A DNA stretch of 51,301 nucleotides from a virus (taxonomy: Duplodnaviria; Caudoviricetes). The DNA lies in IMG/VR virus record IMGVR_UViG_3300044606_000240, positions 1-51,301 of that record; one strand, 5' to 3'. The notes beneath the pieces are model-generated. The model made no database searches. It was not told where the DNA came from and saw nothing but the letters and a program-made list of their open reading frames with translations. Positions 27,750-37,337 of this stretch are shown here, piece after piece (the first letter of the stretch is position 1; every line of letters begins with the position of its first letter). Made by a program: the position numbers and the translations under genes.

Positions 27750-28133
27750 ATGGCATTTACCAAAACATCTAATAAAAATATGGCCGTAGCAGTAGAGACA
27801 AAAACATGTCCTGCTTCTGCTACAGTAGGTTATGGCTCTGAGATAGATTTCTTGAAGTTAGATCCTGAAAATAATAACAGGTATATATCCGTATTATGCT
27901 CTGCATCAGCAGTAACCGGTACTAACCTGGATATAGCACTTTATGGTGCTCATACATCAGGTGGAACTAAGTTTCTGCTTGTGGATGCTATAGTGGCAGA
28001 TATAACTAATTCCGCAAAGACTGCGGGCGGAAGAGTAGACCTTAATGCTTACCCGGCTCCATATTATTATATAGGCTGGACAGCAGACGCAGACGAAAGT
28101 GCTAACACAATAACAGTGTCAATAGCGTATTAA
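27750..28133 (+). CDS. putative capsid decoration/auxiliary protein
   Basis: beta-rich, GGAGG SD, directly after capsid gene. Confidence 0.6.
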   Translation: MAFTKTSNKNMAVAVETKTCPASATVGYGSEIDFLKLDPENNNRYISVLCSASAVTGTNLDIALYGAHTSGGTKFLLVDAIVADITNSAKTAGGRVDLNAYPAPYYYIGWTADADESANTITVSIAY

Positions 28134-28142
28134 TAATTACGA

Positions 28143-28182
28143 ACAGGGAACCCTCCGCAGTTCAATCTGCGGGGGAGCCTGT
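28143..28182 (+). terminator. strong hairpin after capsid genes
   Basis: CCTCCGCAG-TTCAAT-CTGCGGGGG with outer ACAGG/CCTGT; no clear T-tract. Confidence 0.55.
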
Positions 28183-28193
28183 ACTTAACCAAT

Positions 28194-30197
28194 ATGGCAT
28201 TAAAAGATTTAGTAGAAGATTATACGGGAACAGTAACAGATACCACGAGTCTGGATAACCTTTTAACACAGGGAGCCAGGATGCTGGTAGACATACTGCC
28301 GTTAAATAAAGCAGAGCTTTTTACTACGGATATAAATGTTACGGTATCAGGCGCTGATTTATCTGCATACAGGTTTATGCGTGCACATAAATCAGGATAT
28401 GGTGCGGTACGTATAAGTGCCGATAATAAAGCAAGAGCAGCAGATGTAAATTCTTTATACTATGCTACCAACAGAAGCCCTGTGCATTATATTGAAAATG
28501 GTAAATTATATATACTGCCTGGTGGTGGAACGGGTGTAGGTATAGCATATCCCACAGTTACCTATAATAATACGAGTATAGGTAGTTTTCCTTCTGAATT
28601 ACAGCATGCAGTAATATTATATGCAGCAGAACATGTGCTTATTCAGAGGATGAATGACAAAGTAGTTAATCTGGAGGGTATTAACTTAGAAGATGTTAGT
28701 GTTCCTGTAGCACCAAATGCACCTGCTATTAGCTATACAAATGCAACAGCAACAGGCGCAGATACAGTTACAATAGCATCTCCCGGTACTGTTCCTTCAT
28801 ATACCAAACCCACTGTAGTATTAACAGCTGCTCCTGATATATCGGATTTAAATGTATCAGCAATATCAGTTCCAACAGCACCAGGTACACCGGTAATAAG
28901 TTTCTCGGATGCAAGCCTGGTATCTGTCGCAGCAACCACTATTTCTGCTCTGCAGATAACAGTACCGACTTATACTAAACCTACAGTGAGTCTTTTATCT
29001 GTTCCTTCAATGGCAGATTTAACAATAGAAACTGATTTTCCAGCTCAGCCATCAGATCCAAGTTACACTACAAGCATAGGCAACGTACCTGAGGCACCAG
29101 TATTTACAGCACCGACTAATACCATAGTATATACTAATACGGATAGTGCTTTAACCAATGTGGACATAGAATTGGCTGCTGCTCATTTAAGTAAAGTACA
29201 GACTCAGTTGCAGCAGTATGCAAAAGATCTTGAAGTGGCTCTTGGTACATTTAATAGTAATAAGGCAAAGTTTGATGCTGATGTACAGAAACTCGTACAG
29301 CAGGCAAGTATATCAAGCAGCGAGAGCATACAGAAACAAGCTCAGAAATTAGAGAAATATGCTGCTGATGTAAACTTATATTCCCAGTATGTTAATAAGG
29401 AAGTCAGTCAATATAAGCTTAATCTTGACAAGCTGATTCAATTCTGGCAGATAGGGAATGATAATATACTAAAGCAATACTCTCTTGAAATACAGAATGA
29501 GCTGAACAGGTGGCAGAGAGAATTAAGAAATTATGAAATAGATGCTAATCATAAAATAGAGCAGGCTAAGCTTACTCTCAATGAAGCATTAGAAAATGCA
29601 AAGAATGCTAATAATATCGCTTTGCAGAATGAAATACAGACAGCACAAACAGAACTCGCAAATTATGAGTTAACTGTGAAAAAACATCAGGCCATGCTTG
29701 ATTCTTACAGCAAGCAGGTAGAATCTGCCGTAGTAGTATTTAAAGCTAACTATGATAAAGCATTGCAGATATGGCAGACCAAAAGAGCTAATGAGCTGCA
29801 GCAGTATAGTCTTGATATACAGAATGAATTAAATGAGTTTCAGAAAGAACTGGCTGCATACCAGTCTGATATACAAATAAAGGTAGAGCAGGCAAAAATA
29901 AGCTTAGAGACAGCTTTAACTGATGCCAAAACAGCAAATGACATAGAAACTCAGAATAAGATACAGACTATGCAGGCAGCTATAGCTAATTATCAGTCTG
30001 TATTGGGCAAATATAATGGAGAGATACAGTCTTATGGGGTGGCTGTTAACCAGGCAGTTAGTAAATACAATACTGCCATTAATCAGAAAGCAGCAGCTAT
30101 TGATTCCTTATTAAAACAGATAAGTGCTATTAAAGCAGAGTTTAGAGATTTTCTGTTATTACATGGATTAATAAATGACGTACCAGCAAATAATTGA
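28194..30197 (+). CDS. virion protein: adaptor-like N-terminus, Pro/Thr repeats, helical repeats
   Basis: P.ELQHAVILYAA; 57-aa and 109-aa internal repeats. Confidence 0.7.
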   Translation: MALKDLVEDYTGTVTDTTSLDNLLTQGARMLVDILPLNKAELFTTDINVTVSGADLSAYRFMRAHKSGYGAVRISADNKARAADVNSLYYATNRSPVHYIENGKLYILPGGGTGVGIAYPTVTYNNTSIGSFPSELQHAVILYAAEHVLIQRMNDKVVNLEGINLEDVSVPVAPNAPAISYTNATATGADTVTIASPGTVPSYTKPTVVLTAAPDISDLNVSAISVPTAPGTPVISFSDASLVSVAATTISALQITVPTYTKPTVSLLSVPSMADLTIETDFPAQPSDPSYTTSIGNVPEAPVFTAPTNTIVYTNTDSALTNVDIELAAAHLSKVQTQLQQYAKDLEVALGTFNSNKAKFDADVQKLVQQASISSSESIQKQAQKLEKYAADVNLYSQYVNKEVSQYKLNLDKLIQFWQIGNDNILKQYSLEIQNELNRWQRELRNYEIDANHKIEQAKLTLNEALENAKNANNIALQNEIQTAQTELANYELTVKKHQAMLDSYSKQVESAVVVFKANYDKALQIWQTKRANELQQYSLDIQNELNEFQKELAAYQSDIQIKVEQAKISLETALTDAKTANDIETQNKIQTMQAAIANYQSVLGKYNGEIQSYGVAVNQAVSKYNTAINQKAAAIDSLLKQISAIKAEFRDFLLLHGLINDVPANN

Positions 30198-30753
30198 AGC
30201 CATTCTTGAAGAGCATCCGGGAGTGCTTGAAACGGAAGTTAAGATAGAGGTAAATAAAACCCTTAGGGAGTTTTGCAGAAGGACAAATATACTTTCTGAT
30301 AATACAGAAATAACCGTAGAAGACGGAGTCGTAACTTATGAATTGCCAGATGATGCAGACAGAGTTTACAGAGTAGATTTCAAAAACAGCAATGATTTGC
30401 TTGTTGGTGAAACAGAGAAATTAAAGTATAGTATAGAACAGGGATACATTAAATTTTATGGTTATATGTGGAGGGAAATTACTGCTATCCCTTCCAATAT
30501 ATCTGTCATTAAACTTTACTATTACAAAAGACCGGCTGCATTAAGTACCGATACTGATATACCGGAAGTAGACAGTGAATTTCATACCGTCATTGCAGAT
30601 AAAGTATCTGCCAGGTATTACAGGAGAGAAAAGGATTTTGATACTTATGTAACTCTTATGAGAGAGTGGGAAAAGGCTTTAAAAGAAGCGAAGATAGCAG
30701 CTAACGAAGATAAAGACGCTACTTTATGGAATATTAAGCAACAGGAGTATTGA
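30175..30753 (+). CDS. head-tail adaptor / tail tubular protein
   Basis: YELPDD..RV, YYKRP..L...D.PE...EFH pattern. Confidence 0.7.
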   Translation: MTYQQIIEAILEEHPGVLETEVKIEVNKTLREFCRRTNILSDNTEITVEDGVVTYELPDDADRVYRVDFKNSNDLLVGETEKLKYSIEQGYIKFYGYMWREITAIPSNISVIKLYYYKRPAALSTDTDIPEVDSEFHTVIADKVSARYYRREKDFDTYVTLMREWEKALKEAKIAANEDKDATLWNIKQQEY

Positions 30754-30760
30754 GAAGAAT

Positions 30761-31090
30761 ATGACAGCCATTGATAGCCAGGGAAATATTGAAATTGTAA
30801 GGGGTGATACGCTGGAGCTTTTGTTTACTGATGTGCGGTTAAATGATGCTCCGTTTCAGTGGAGTGGTTATATGTCAGAATTTATTATAAAGAATGGCAA
30901 TGTTGAAGTTATCAGAAAGACAGAAATCAGCGGAATTGATTTGAATGTTGATGGCCAGATAACTCTTACTATATCCTCTGATGAAATTAATACGCTTGCT
31001 ATTAAATCATATACTTATGACTGGAAGTTTATGATTGGGGAAAATACTGAAACGTGGTTTAATAATAAGAAATTTAAAGTAACCACATGA
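30761..31090 (+). CDS. BppU-N-like tail protein
   Basis: IVRGDT...GQITLTI...YTYD pattern. Confidence 0.6.
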   Translation: MTAIDSQGNIEIVRGDTLELLFTDVRLNDAPFQWSGYMSEFIIKNGNVEVIRKTEISGIDLNVDGQITLTISSDEINTLAIKSYTYDWKFMIGENTETWFNNKKFKVTT

Positions 31091-31425
31091 TTTCTCTGAC
31101 TGTAAATCCACGAACAATATCTCTTGCTGCTTCACGCAGAATTATTTCTATGTCTGTCGAGCAGACAGTTATAAGACTTGGAACTGAACAAAAAGATATT
31201 CGTCTGGAAACGAATAGAAGTGTAAAATTAACTTTAAGTCCATTGGTTGTCTACCAAAATGACACAATGGCAGTAATAAATGCAAAGGGTGATATGGTAA
31301 TAGGAAATGAAGCCGGGGAACCATCAAGAATGCCTATCGGTTCGCCTAATTACTTTATGGTGGTAGATCCCACACAGGACAGGGGATATAAATTTACAAA
31401 TGAAATTGATGGCGGAACATTTTGA
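31087..31425 (+). CDS. tail fibre-associated protein
   Basis: AKGDMVIG...RMPIG motif; ends IDGGTF. Confidence 0.65.
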   Translation: MISLTVNPRTISLAASRRIISMSVEQTVIRLGTEQKDIRLETNRSVKLTLSPLVVYQNDTMAVINAKGDMVIGNEAGEPSRMPIGSPNYFMVVDPTQDRGYKFTNEIDGGTF

Positions 31426-31437
31426 CAGGAGAGAACA

Positions 31438-31896
31438 ATGGCTCAGGTAATTAAATTAAAAAGAGGTTTAAAGGCTAATTTACCAACATCGGGTATGAAT
31501 GCCGGTGAACCTATGGCTACCACAGACAGGGGTACACTGCATATAGCTACTGATGCAACTACAAAGCTGCCTATCGTACCGGCTATAGATGATTTGACTT
31601 CTTTGCCTGCTGTTAGCGGAGCAGAGGATTTACTCTTAATACATGATGCATCAGAAACTTCCGGGCAAAAAGAAAAAAAGATGACATTCAATGATTTTAA
31701 ATCTGCTCTCAATATACCATCAGGCGATACAGATGGAAAAGCGGCTGTAGCAAGTGGTGGAACAGCAGGTTATATCTGGGGAACAACTGGTTCTGATGGT
31801 ATTCTAAGAATGGGTTCATCCATGTCATGGACTAAGGATGCGGGAAATGCATACGTAACACTTGATGTGGGTGTAATTGATGGAGGGACATTTTAA
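31438..31896 (+). CDS. tail fibre protein with Mtd-N-like N-terminus
   Basis: IKLKRG..ANLP....GEP..TTD; ends IDGGTF. Confidence 0.7.
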   Translation: MAQVIKLKRGLKANLPTSGMNAGEPMATTDRGTLHIATDATTKLPIVPAIDDLTSLPAVSGAEDLLLIHDASETSGQKEKKMTFNDFKSALNIPSGDTDGKAAVASGGTAGYIWGTTGSDGILRMGSSMSWTKDAGNAYVTLDVGVIDGGTF

Positions 31897-32537
31897 TGGG
31901 TCGTGATAAAACTATTAAAATACTTCGTACCACCAAAGCTAACCTTGACACACAAAAAGCAGCTAACAATCTTATTGCAGGTGAACCTTATTTCATTACT
32001 GATGAAGAAAGATTAGCAATGGGAATAAGTAATAATGCTTATTCGGAAATGGCAAAAAAAAGTGAACTGCCTTCATCAGGAGGGGCTACGATTCTTATTG
32101 CTTATAAAAACACAAATCAAACAAAATATGGTACAACAATTTATGGTAATGATAACCATTTGTTTATGGACATAGAAGCTAATGGTATTTATCAATATGA
32201 GTTGCTGTTAATGATATATCAGCAAGGCAGCAACAGCAATGGCTTCAAAGCTAAATTTTCAGCCCCGGATGGTTGTACTGCTTATACCAACGTGTTTAGA
32301 AATACGACAAGCAATACTCAGGTGTCATTTGCAAATCAAGTCGCAACATTAATAATTACAGAAGATACAACCGTAGCAACGCAAGGTGCTATATACAATT
32401 TTGTGAAAGCGAACGGAATAATAATAAACGGTGCGAATGCAGGTACCTTGATACTTCAATGGACTCAGTATCAGAACAATAATGCAACCACACAGGTACT
32501 GTTAGGCTCTTATCTGAAATTAACTAAAGTAAACTAA
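31896..32537 (+). CDS. tail fibre / receptor-binding protein
   Basis: Mtd-N-like IKILR...GEPYFITD; C-terminal AGTLILQWTQ...GSYL beta domain. Confidence 0.7.
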   Translation: MGRDKTIKILRTTKANLDTQKAANNLIAGEPYFITDEERLAMGISNNAYSEMAKKSELPSSGGATILIAYKNTNQTKYGTTIYGNDNHLFMDIEANGIYQYELLLMIYQQGSNSNGFKAKFSAPDGCTAYTNVFRNTTSNTQVSFANQVATLIITEDTTVATQGAIYNFVKANGIIINGANAGTLILQWTQYQNNNATTQVLLGSYLKLTKVN

Positions 32538-32581
32538 TGCATACACAGAAAGAATTTACGTTTATAAAGAATGGAGATATA

Positions 32582-33061
32582 ATGAGAATAATATTATTGG
32601 CAATATTATTATTAACGGGTGCGCAATTATTTGCCCAGGACATAGCTGAAAGGCCATTTAGTCCTATGGTGTTTAAAGATACTGATGGTAAATATTATTA
32701 CTATAACCCATCACATAATGATACTGTATTTACAGTTGTTATAGACAGCAATGCCAGTATATCGGGCAGCATTAATCTTGGAGACAGGCATATAGTGGGT
32801 ATCCAGATGCCTGGAAGTGGATGGATAACTGCAAATCTTACTCTGCAAGTTTCTTATGATGGAGTTACTTATCAGAATTACTATGTGGATAGCACTGAAT
32901 ATGTAATAACAGTTGCAAATGGCAGAAATGTTCATTGTAAAACAGCGGATGTAGAAGGTGCAGTATATATTAAAATCAGGAGTGGTACAGGCAGTACTCC
33001 GGTTAATCAGACGGGAAATATAGCAGGAAGAACATTAAAGATAAGAGCGGGAAATTATTAA
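32582..33061 (+). CDS. beta-rich protein with predicted signal peptide
   Basis: GGAG SD; MRIILLAILLLTGAQLFA-QD; GIQMP..W...LTLQVSYDG...IRSGT...PVNQ. Confidence 0.65.
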   Translation: MRIILLAILLLTGAQLFAQDIAERPFSPMVFKDTDGKYYYYNPSHNDTVFTVVIDSNASISGSINLGDRHIVGIQMPGSGWITANLTLQVSYDGVTYQNYYVDSTEYVITVANGRNVHCKTADVEGAVYIKIRSGTGSTPVNQTGNIAGRTLKIRAGNY

Positions 33062-33062
33062 A

Positions 33063-33230
33063 ATGGAAGCACCACAGAGACCGGGATTATTGGGTGTATG
33101 GATAATTAACGTAGCAGCACAGGTTATTACAATAGCAGATTTAGAGTATGGATTAAGAATACTATCATTTATAGTAGCCATAGGCTATACGTTATATAAA
33201 TGGTATAAAGATTTAAAGAGCAAGAAATGA
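33063..33230 (+). CDS. holin-like membrane protein (55 aa, not in ORF track)
   Basis: hydrophobic ILSFIVAIGYTLY plus basic tail; ATGA overlap. Confidence 0.65.
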   Translation: MEAPQRPGLLGVWIINVAAQVITIADLEYGLRILSFIVAIGYTLYKWYKDLKSKK

Positions 33231-33433
33231 ATAAGTTATTACAATTTCTGCAAGATGTAAATGGAGACTTTAGTTCTACCAGGTTATTTATGTTATTGGT
33301 GTGTTTGTCTGCTATTATAGACTGGCAGCATGCTATTTGGACTACTGGTATATGGAGACTAGAATGGCAGACAGTAGCACTAATTGCAGGTGTATTAGGC
33401 TTTAAAGTATTACAGAGGGAAAAGAATGAGTAA
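33227..33433 (+). CDS. holin-like 2-TM protein
   Basis: SSTRL plus two hydrophobic helices; precedes lysozyme. Confidence 0.7.
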   Translation: MNKLLQFLQDVNGDFSSTRLFMLLVCLSAIIDWQHAIWTTGIWRLEWQTVALIAGVLGFKVLQREKNE

Positions 33434-33914
33434 AGCAGCAGAGATAGTTGCGAGATTTGAAGGATGCAGATTAAAGGCATACCAGGATACCGCTGGTATC
33501 TGGACTATAGGATATGGACATACAGGCAGAGTACAGCCAAAACAGGTAATTACCCGGGAACAGGCAGACTTGTTATTAGAAGCTGATTTAGAGATAGCAA
33601 GGCAGAAGGCTGAGAAATATGTAATGGTAAGTCTTAATCCTGATGAATGGGCTGCTATTATAAGCCAGGCATATAATCTGAGAAGTTATAAAGCTTTAAT
33701 TGAACATCTGAATAAAGACAAAGAATTATATAAGAGAAAGACTCTGTTATATATTTATGATGTTAAGAAGAATAAACTGCCTGGACTGATGATAAGGCGT
33801 ACATGTGAGAGATTGTTATTTGAAGGCAGGGAATGGAAGGGAATAGCTGATGAATTACAGAGAAATCCTAAGGTAGCATATATAGAGCAGGTACAGAAGG
33901 AGTTATTCTCTTGA
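33426..33914 (+). CDS. GH24 lysozyme (endolysin)
   Basis: E-x8-D-x5-T in FEGCRLKAYQDTAGIWTIGYGHT; LPGL..RR..E..LF. Confidence 0.95.
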   Translation: MSKAAEIVARFEGCRLKAYQDTAGIWTIGYGHTGRVQPKQVITREQADLLLEADLEIARQKAEKYVMVSLNPDEWAAIISQAYNLRSYKALIEHLNKDKELYKRKTLLYIYDVKKNKLPGLMIRRTCERLLFEGREWKGIADELQRNPKVAYIEQVQKELFS

Positions 33915-34366
33915 AGTATATAATAGCTATTGGATTATTAAGCTTAATAGGATGCAGTGCTCCTACGCAGATAATAGAGACCAGGCCGGAGGCTATGACA
34001 TTTGCAGTTGAACCTATTAAGGCAGACCAGTTGCCGGTTCGGACTGAGAATATAGATTCAGCAGCTTATCAGCAGTTTGTAGAATCTATGACAGATACAA
34101 GCAAAATAGTTGTAGAGGCAGAAACAGATAATGGTACTGTAAAAACAGAGTTAACCAAAGGATACGACAATAAAGGTAAGCCTGTTCTTAAAGGTAAGAT
34201 AGAAGCTAAGCCTGATTCTGTGAAGGTTGATGTAAATAAAAACAATATAACACTTCTTCCCAAAGAGAAAAGTACCTGGGAAGAAATTAAAGAAGTCGTA
34301 ATCGCTATTGGGGTTTTATTAGTAATTGCCGGGATAGTTTATATAATAATTAAAAGAAGGAAATAA
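33911..34366 (+). CDS. putative unimolecular spanin
   Basis: lipobox LIGC, beta-rich middle, C-terminal TM plus KRRK; follows endolysin. Confidence 0.75.
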   Translation: MKYIIAIGLLSLIGCSAPTQIIETRPEAMTFAVEPIKADQLPVRTENIDSAAYQQFVESMTDTSKIVVEAETDNGTVKTELTKGYDNKGKPVLKGKIEAKPDSVKVDVNKNNITLLPKEKSTWEEIKEVVIAIGVLLVIAGIVYIIIKRRK

Positions 34367-34368
34367 TT

Positions 34369-34935
34369 ATGCGTTTTGCAACGCTGGATATTGAGACATC
34401 AAATCTTAATGCGGATTTCGGATTTATTATATGTGTAGTGGTTAAGGAATATGGTTCTGATAATAAGCCCAAGATATTCAGAATTGACCAGTATCCCGGA
34501 TGGGAAAAGAATGTGTTCGATGATAAGAAACTTGTAAAAGATGTACGCAATTATCTTGAAAATTTTGATGGTATTATTACCTACAATGGAAGGAATTTTG
34601 ACTTGCCATTTCTTACCTCTCAGGTAGTAGCTTATGGGTACCAACCTATAAAAGCATTGTTCCATGTAGACGTATTTTATACTACGAGATATAGGCTAAG
34701 ACTGCATAACAGCAAACTCAATACACTTATTACTTTCTTAAATACTTACAGGGGCGGAAAGAAAAAAGTAGAAGAGAAGACTGCTATTAATACTATTTAT
34801 TATAAAAAAGCTATTACAGGCAGAAAAGATGGAATTGATTATATAGTAAAACACTGCGTTAAAGATGTTGTGGCACTTGAACAATGCTATGACTTATTAA
34901 AAGATCAGGTATTCTCACTAAGAAAAGGGTACTAA
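34369..34935 (+). CDS. RNase H-fold DEDD exonuclease (YprB/RNase_H_2-like)
   Basis: DIET, YNGRNFD, HC..DV. Confidence 0.85.
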   Translation: MRFATLDIETSNLNADFGFIICVVVKEYGSDNKPKIFRIDQYPGWEKNVFDDKKLVKDVRNYLENFDGIITYNGRNFDLPFLTSQVVAYGYQPIKALFHVDVFYTTRYRLRLHNSKLNTLITFLNTYRGGKKKVEEKTAINTIYYKKAITGRKDGIDYIVKHCVKDVVALEQCYDLLKDQVFSLRKGY

Positions 34936-35072
34936 TGGCGGGCAAATTCAAATACTGTACTAAGTGCGGAAAGCTTGTAGCCTTTCCATGCGAAGATAAA
35001 TGGTGTCCAATGCAGGTTAAACTATATAAGGCAAAGAATGACAATAGACGAGAGAAGAGAGATAGCAAATAG
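34935..35072 (+). CDS. small Cys4 protein (45 aa, not in ORF track)
   Basis: CTKC...C....CP; TAATG coupling. Confidence 0.55.
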   Translation: MAGKFKYCTKCGKLVAFPCEDKWCPMQVKLYKAKNDNRREKRDSK

Positions 35073-35358
35073 CATATTCCAGAAATGTGATTCCCTGCTA
35101 TTGAATAAAGGTAAAAGTTATGCGGGGCAGGAAGATTCACTCTCTAATTTTAAGAGGAATGCAGAACGATTAGGCGTGACTAAATACCAGGTATGGGCTG
35201 TATATTTCTTTAAGCATATAGATTCTATAAGTAATGCTTTAAAGAATAATCCAGAGGCACCAGTAGATGAAAGCGAAGGATTGAAAGGCAGAATAGCAGA
35301 TGCTATTACCTATTTAACAATATTACAGTGTTTATTAACAGAAGATAAGTTAGTATAA
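35038..35358 (+). CDS. DUF1599/Nmad1-like helical protein
   Basis: K...YA...D.LSNF, K..., RIADAITY pattern. Confidence 0.65.
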   Translation: MTIDERREIANSIFQKCDSLLLNKGKSYAGQEDSLSNFKRNAERLGVTKYQVWAVYFFKHIDSISNALKNNPEAPVDESEGLKGRIADAITYLTILQCLLTEDKLV

Positions 35359-37337
35359 TGTCAGAGACCTATCCTATAACAAGTTTTACAAAGGGTAATA
35401 TTACTGCTCCTGATAAACAGGATATACCGGATGATGCATGCGTAGCATCAAAGAATGTGGACGGAGATGTAGAAGAAGGTAAGCTAAGGGGTATTAATAA
35501 GAATGCCGTATTTTCTTCTACTGTGGGACAGGATATAAGTCATGGAGCGTGGATATTAAATACAGATGCCAAGCATCATTTTGTATATCATAATTTATCT
35601 GGCAATGCTATTAAAGTAGTAAATGATTTCTATGGTTCCAAAACTGTTTCTACTCTTGCAAATAGTAATATATCTGCAAATACATGCTTTACTCAATATA
35701 ACAGAGAGGTGCATGTAGGAACAGGTTATAATAGTGCAAATATTCCATTATGGGTGGGTTATATAGATTATGGACAGTTGGGACAATCCATTCCTTCTGG
35801 ACTGCAGATTCTTTCTGCTAATCCGGCAACGAATTCAGTAAATATGTGGGGAGATATAGTGCCTCCTGGATCTGCTGGTAAATTTGGGTTTGGACAGTCT
35901 TATAGCATAACGGATGCTGGCGAAGGAGAGACGGGCAATTTTTCAGCTGAAACTTTAGTTATATATAAATTCTCTTTAGAGTACGATAATCTACAGGAAT
36001 CACCATTATGCCCAGAAGGTTTAAGTGTCAAATTTACCTCTGATGCTATAAGTGTCAAAATAGGAGTATCTGCATGGGATACTTATACTGTGGGGGTTGG
36101 ATATCATACTGCTTCTACAAATCCAAGAATAAGTGCAGTTAAGTTATACAGGGCTACATCAGTAGATGGAACAAATACCGGGTTAGGGTTATTCAGATTA
36201 ATTAAAACTTTTGATTTTACTACTCTTGATGACTTTCAGGGCACAGATTCAGAAGGAGCTACTTATAAAGGAGATGCATCAGTAGCCTTTGTAGTTGATG
36301 ATGGTTCATTCTCACAGGAAGGAGCTGGTGTTACCTATGAAGCAGAAGCTGGTCTGCCTCAAACCATAGAGACTTGTACGGTAAACTATGCTTTAAGCAC
36401 AGCGTTGGATGGTTATCATTTTGTGGCTAATTGTTATCATACAGAATTACCAGATGCAAGACATTATATATTCAGAAGCAAGAAATTAAGATATGATATG
36501 TTTGACTGGACTTCTGATATATTAAGATTGCCAGAAGTACCTACTGCTATTGTGGGTTATGAAGGCAGATTATATGCCTTTGTGAATAATGCAGTATACA
36601 GGATTGATCCAGAGAATTTAATAATAGAAAATAAATTTGAAGGTGCAGGTGCTATTTCAAGCAGAAGTGTATGCGTAACTCCATACGGTTTATTCTTTGC
36701 TAATAAAAACGATGCATACAGATTATATAACAATGAAATAACTACAGTATCAACACCTATATCTACCTCTTCTACTGAGACGCTTGCAAGAGGCTGGAGA
36801 TACGATACGGGCAGATTGGGTATAGTATCACATATACCGGCTACTTATTGTGCCAAGAAGAAATATGTAATGTTTGGTTTTATTGACAGTACAGGACTTG
36901 TATATAAGATTTGGGCATATCATGTGGCCAAGGACAGATGGGACAGATGGGATTTTGATGATTCTATAGCTTTGGCAGGTGTTGCAAATATAGGACAAAT
37001 ATCTGGAAAAGATGGAGAAGTATATATAACTAACGGTACTAATATATGGTTGGTATTCGGAGATACTACAGCCACTTATGAAGTAGGATGGATTTCAAAA
37101 GTATGGCATTTTGGTACTCCTTCACAGAAGAAGTTTCTTAAAATTGTGAAAGGTACAGCGAGTGGATTACTTACAGCTTATTATGGATTAAATAATACCG
37201 ATCCAACCACTGTATATTTTCCTGGTAATTTAATTAATCAGTATTTCTATTCCTTACAGTTGAAATTAATATTACCATCGAATATAGAAGTATCAAATAT
37301 AGAGATTGTGTTCAGAAGATTAGTAGGCAGCAGATAA
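35358..37337 (+). CDS. putative tail nozzle/stabilisation protein
   Basis: beta-rich 659 aa; SFTKG...DIPDD...NVD N-terminus; W.SK...G.P..KK C-terminus. Confidence 0.65.
   Translation: MSETYPITSFTKGNITAPDKQDIPDDACVASKNVDGDVEEGKLRGINKNAVFSSTVGQDISHGAWILNTDAKHHFVYHNLSGNAIKVVNDFYGSKTVSTLANSNISANTCFTQYNREVHVGTGYNSANIPLWVGYIDYGQLGQSIPSGLQILSANPATNSVNMWGDIVPPGSAGKFGFGQSYSITDAGEGETGNFSAETLVIYKFSLEYDNLQESPLCPEGLSVKFTSDAISVKIGVSAWDTYTVGVGYHTASTNPRISAVKLYRATSVDGTNTGLGLFRLIKTFDFTTLDDFQGTDSEGATYKGDASVAFVVDDGSFSQEGAGVTYEAEAGLPQTIETCTVNYALSTALDGYHFVANCYHTELPDARHYIFRSKKLRYDMFDWTSDILRLPEVPTAIVGYEGRLYAFVNNAVYRIDPENLIIENKFEGAGAISSRSVCVTPYGLFFANKNDAYRLYNNEITTVSTPISTSSTETLARGWRYDTGRLGIVSHIPATYCAKKKYVMFGFIDSTGLVYKIWAYHVAKDRWDRWDFDDSIALAGVANIGQISGKDGEVYITNGTNIWLVFGDTTATYEVGWISKVWHFGTPSQKKFLKIVKGTASGLLTAYYGLNNTDPTTVYFPGNLINQYFYSLQLKLILPSNIEVSNIEIVFRRLVGSR

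Noticed and set aside
31896-32537. Asn-rich fibre tip as a DGR target
   Set aside because: No reverse transcriptase and no template repeat seen in the window
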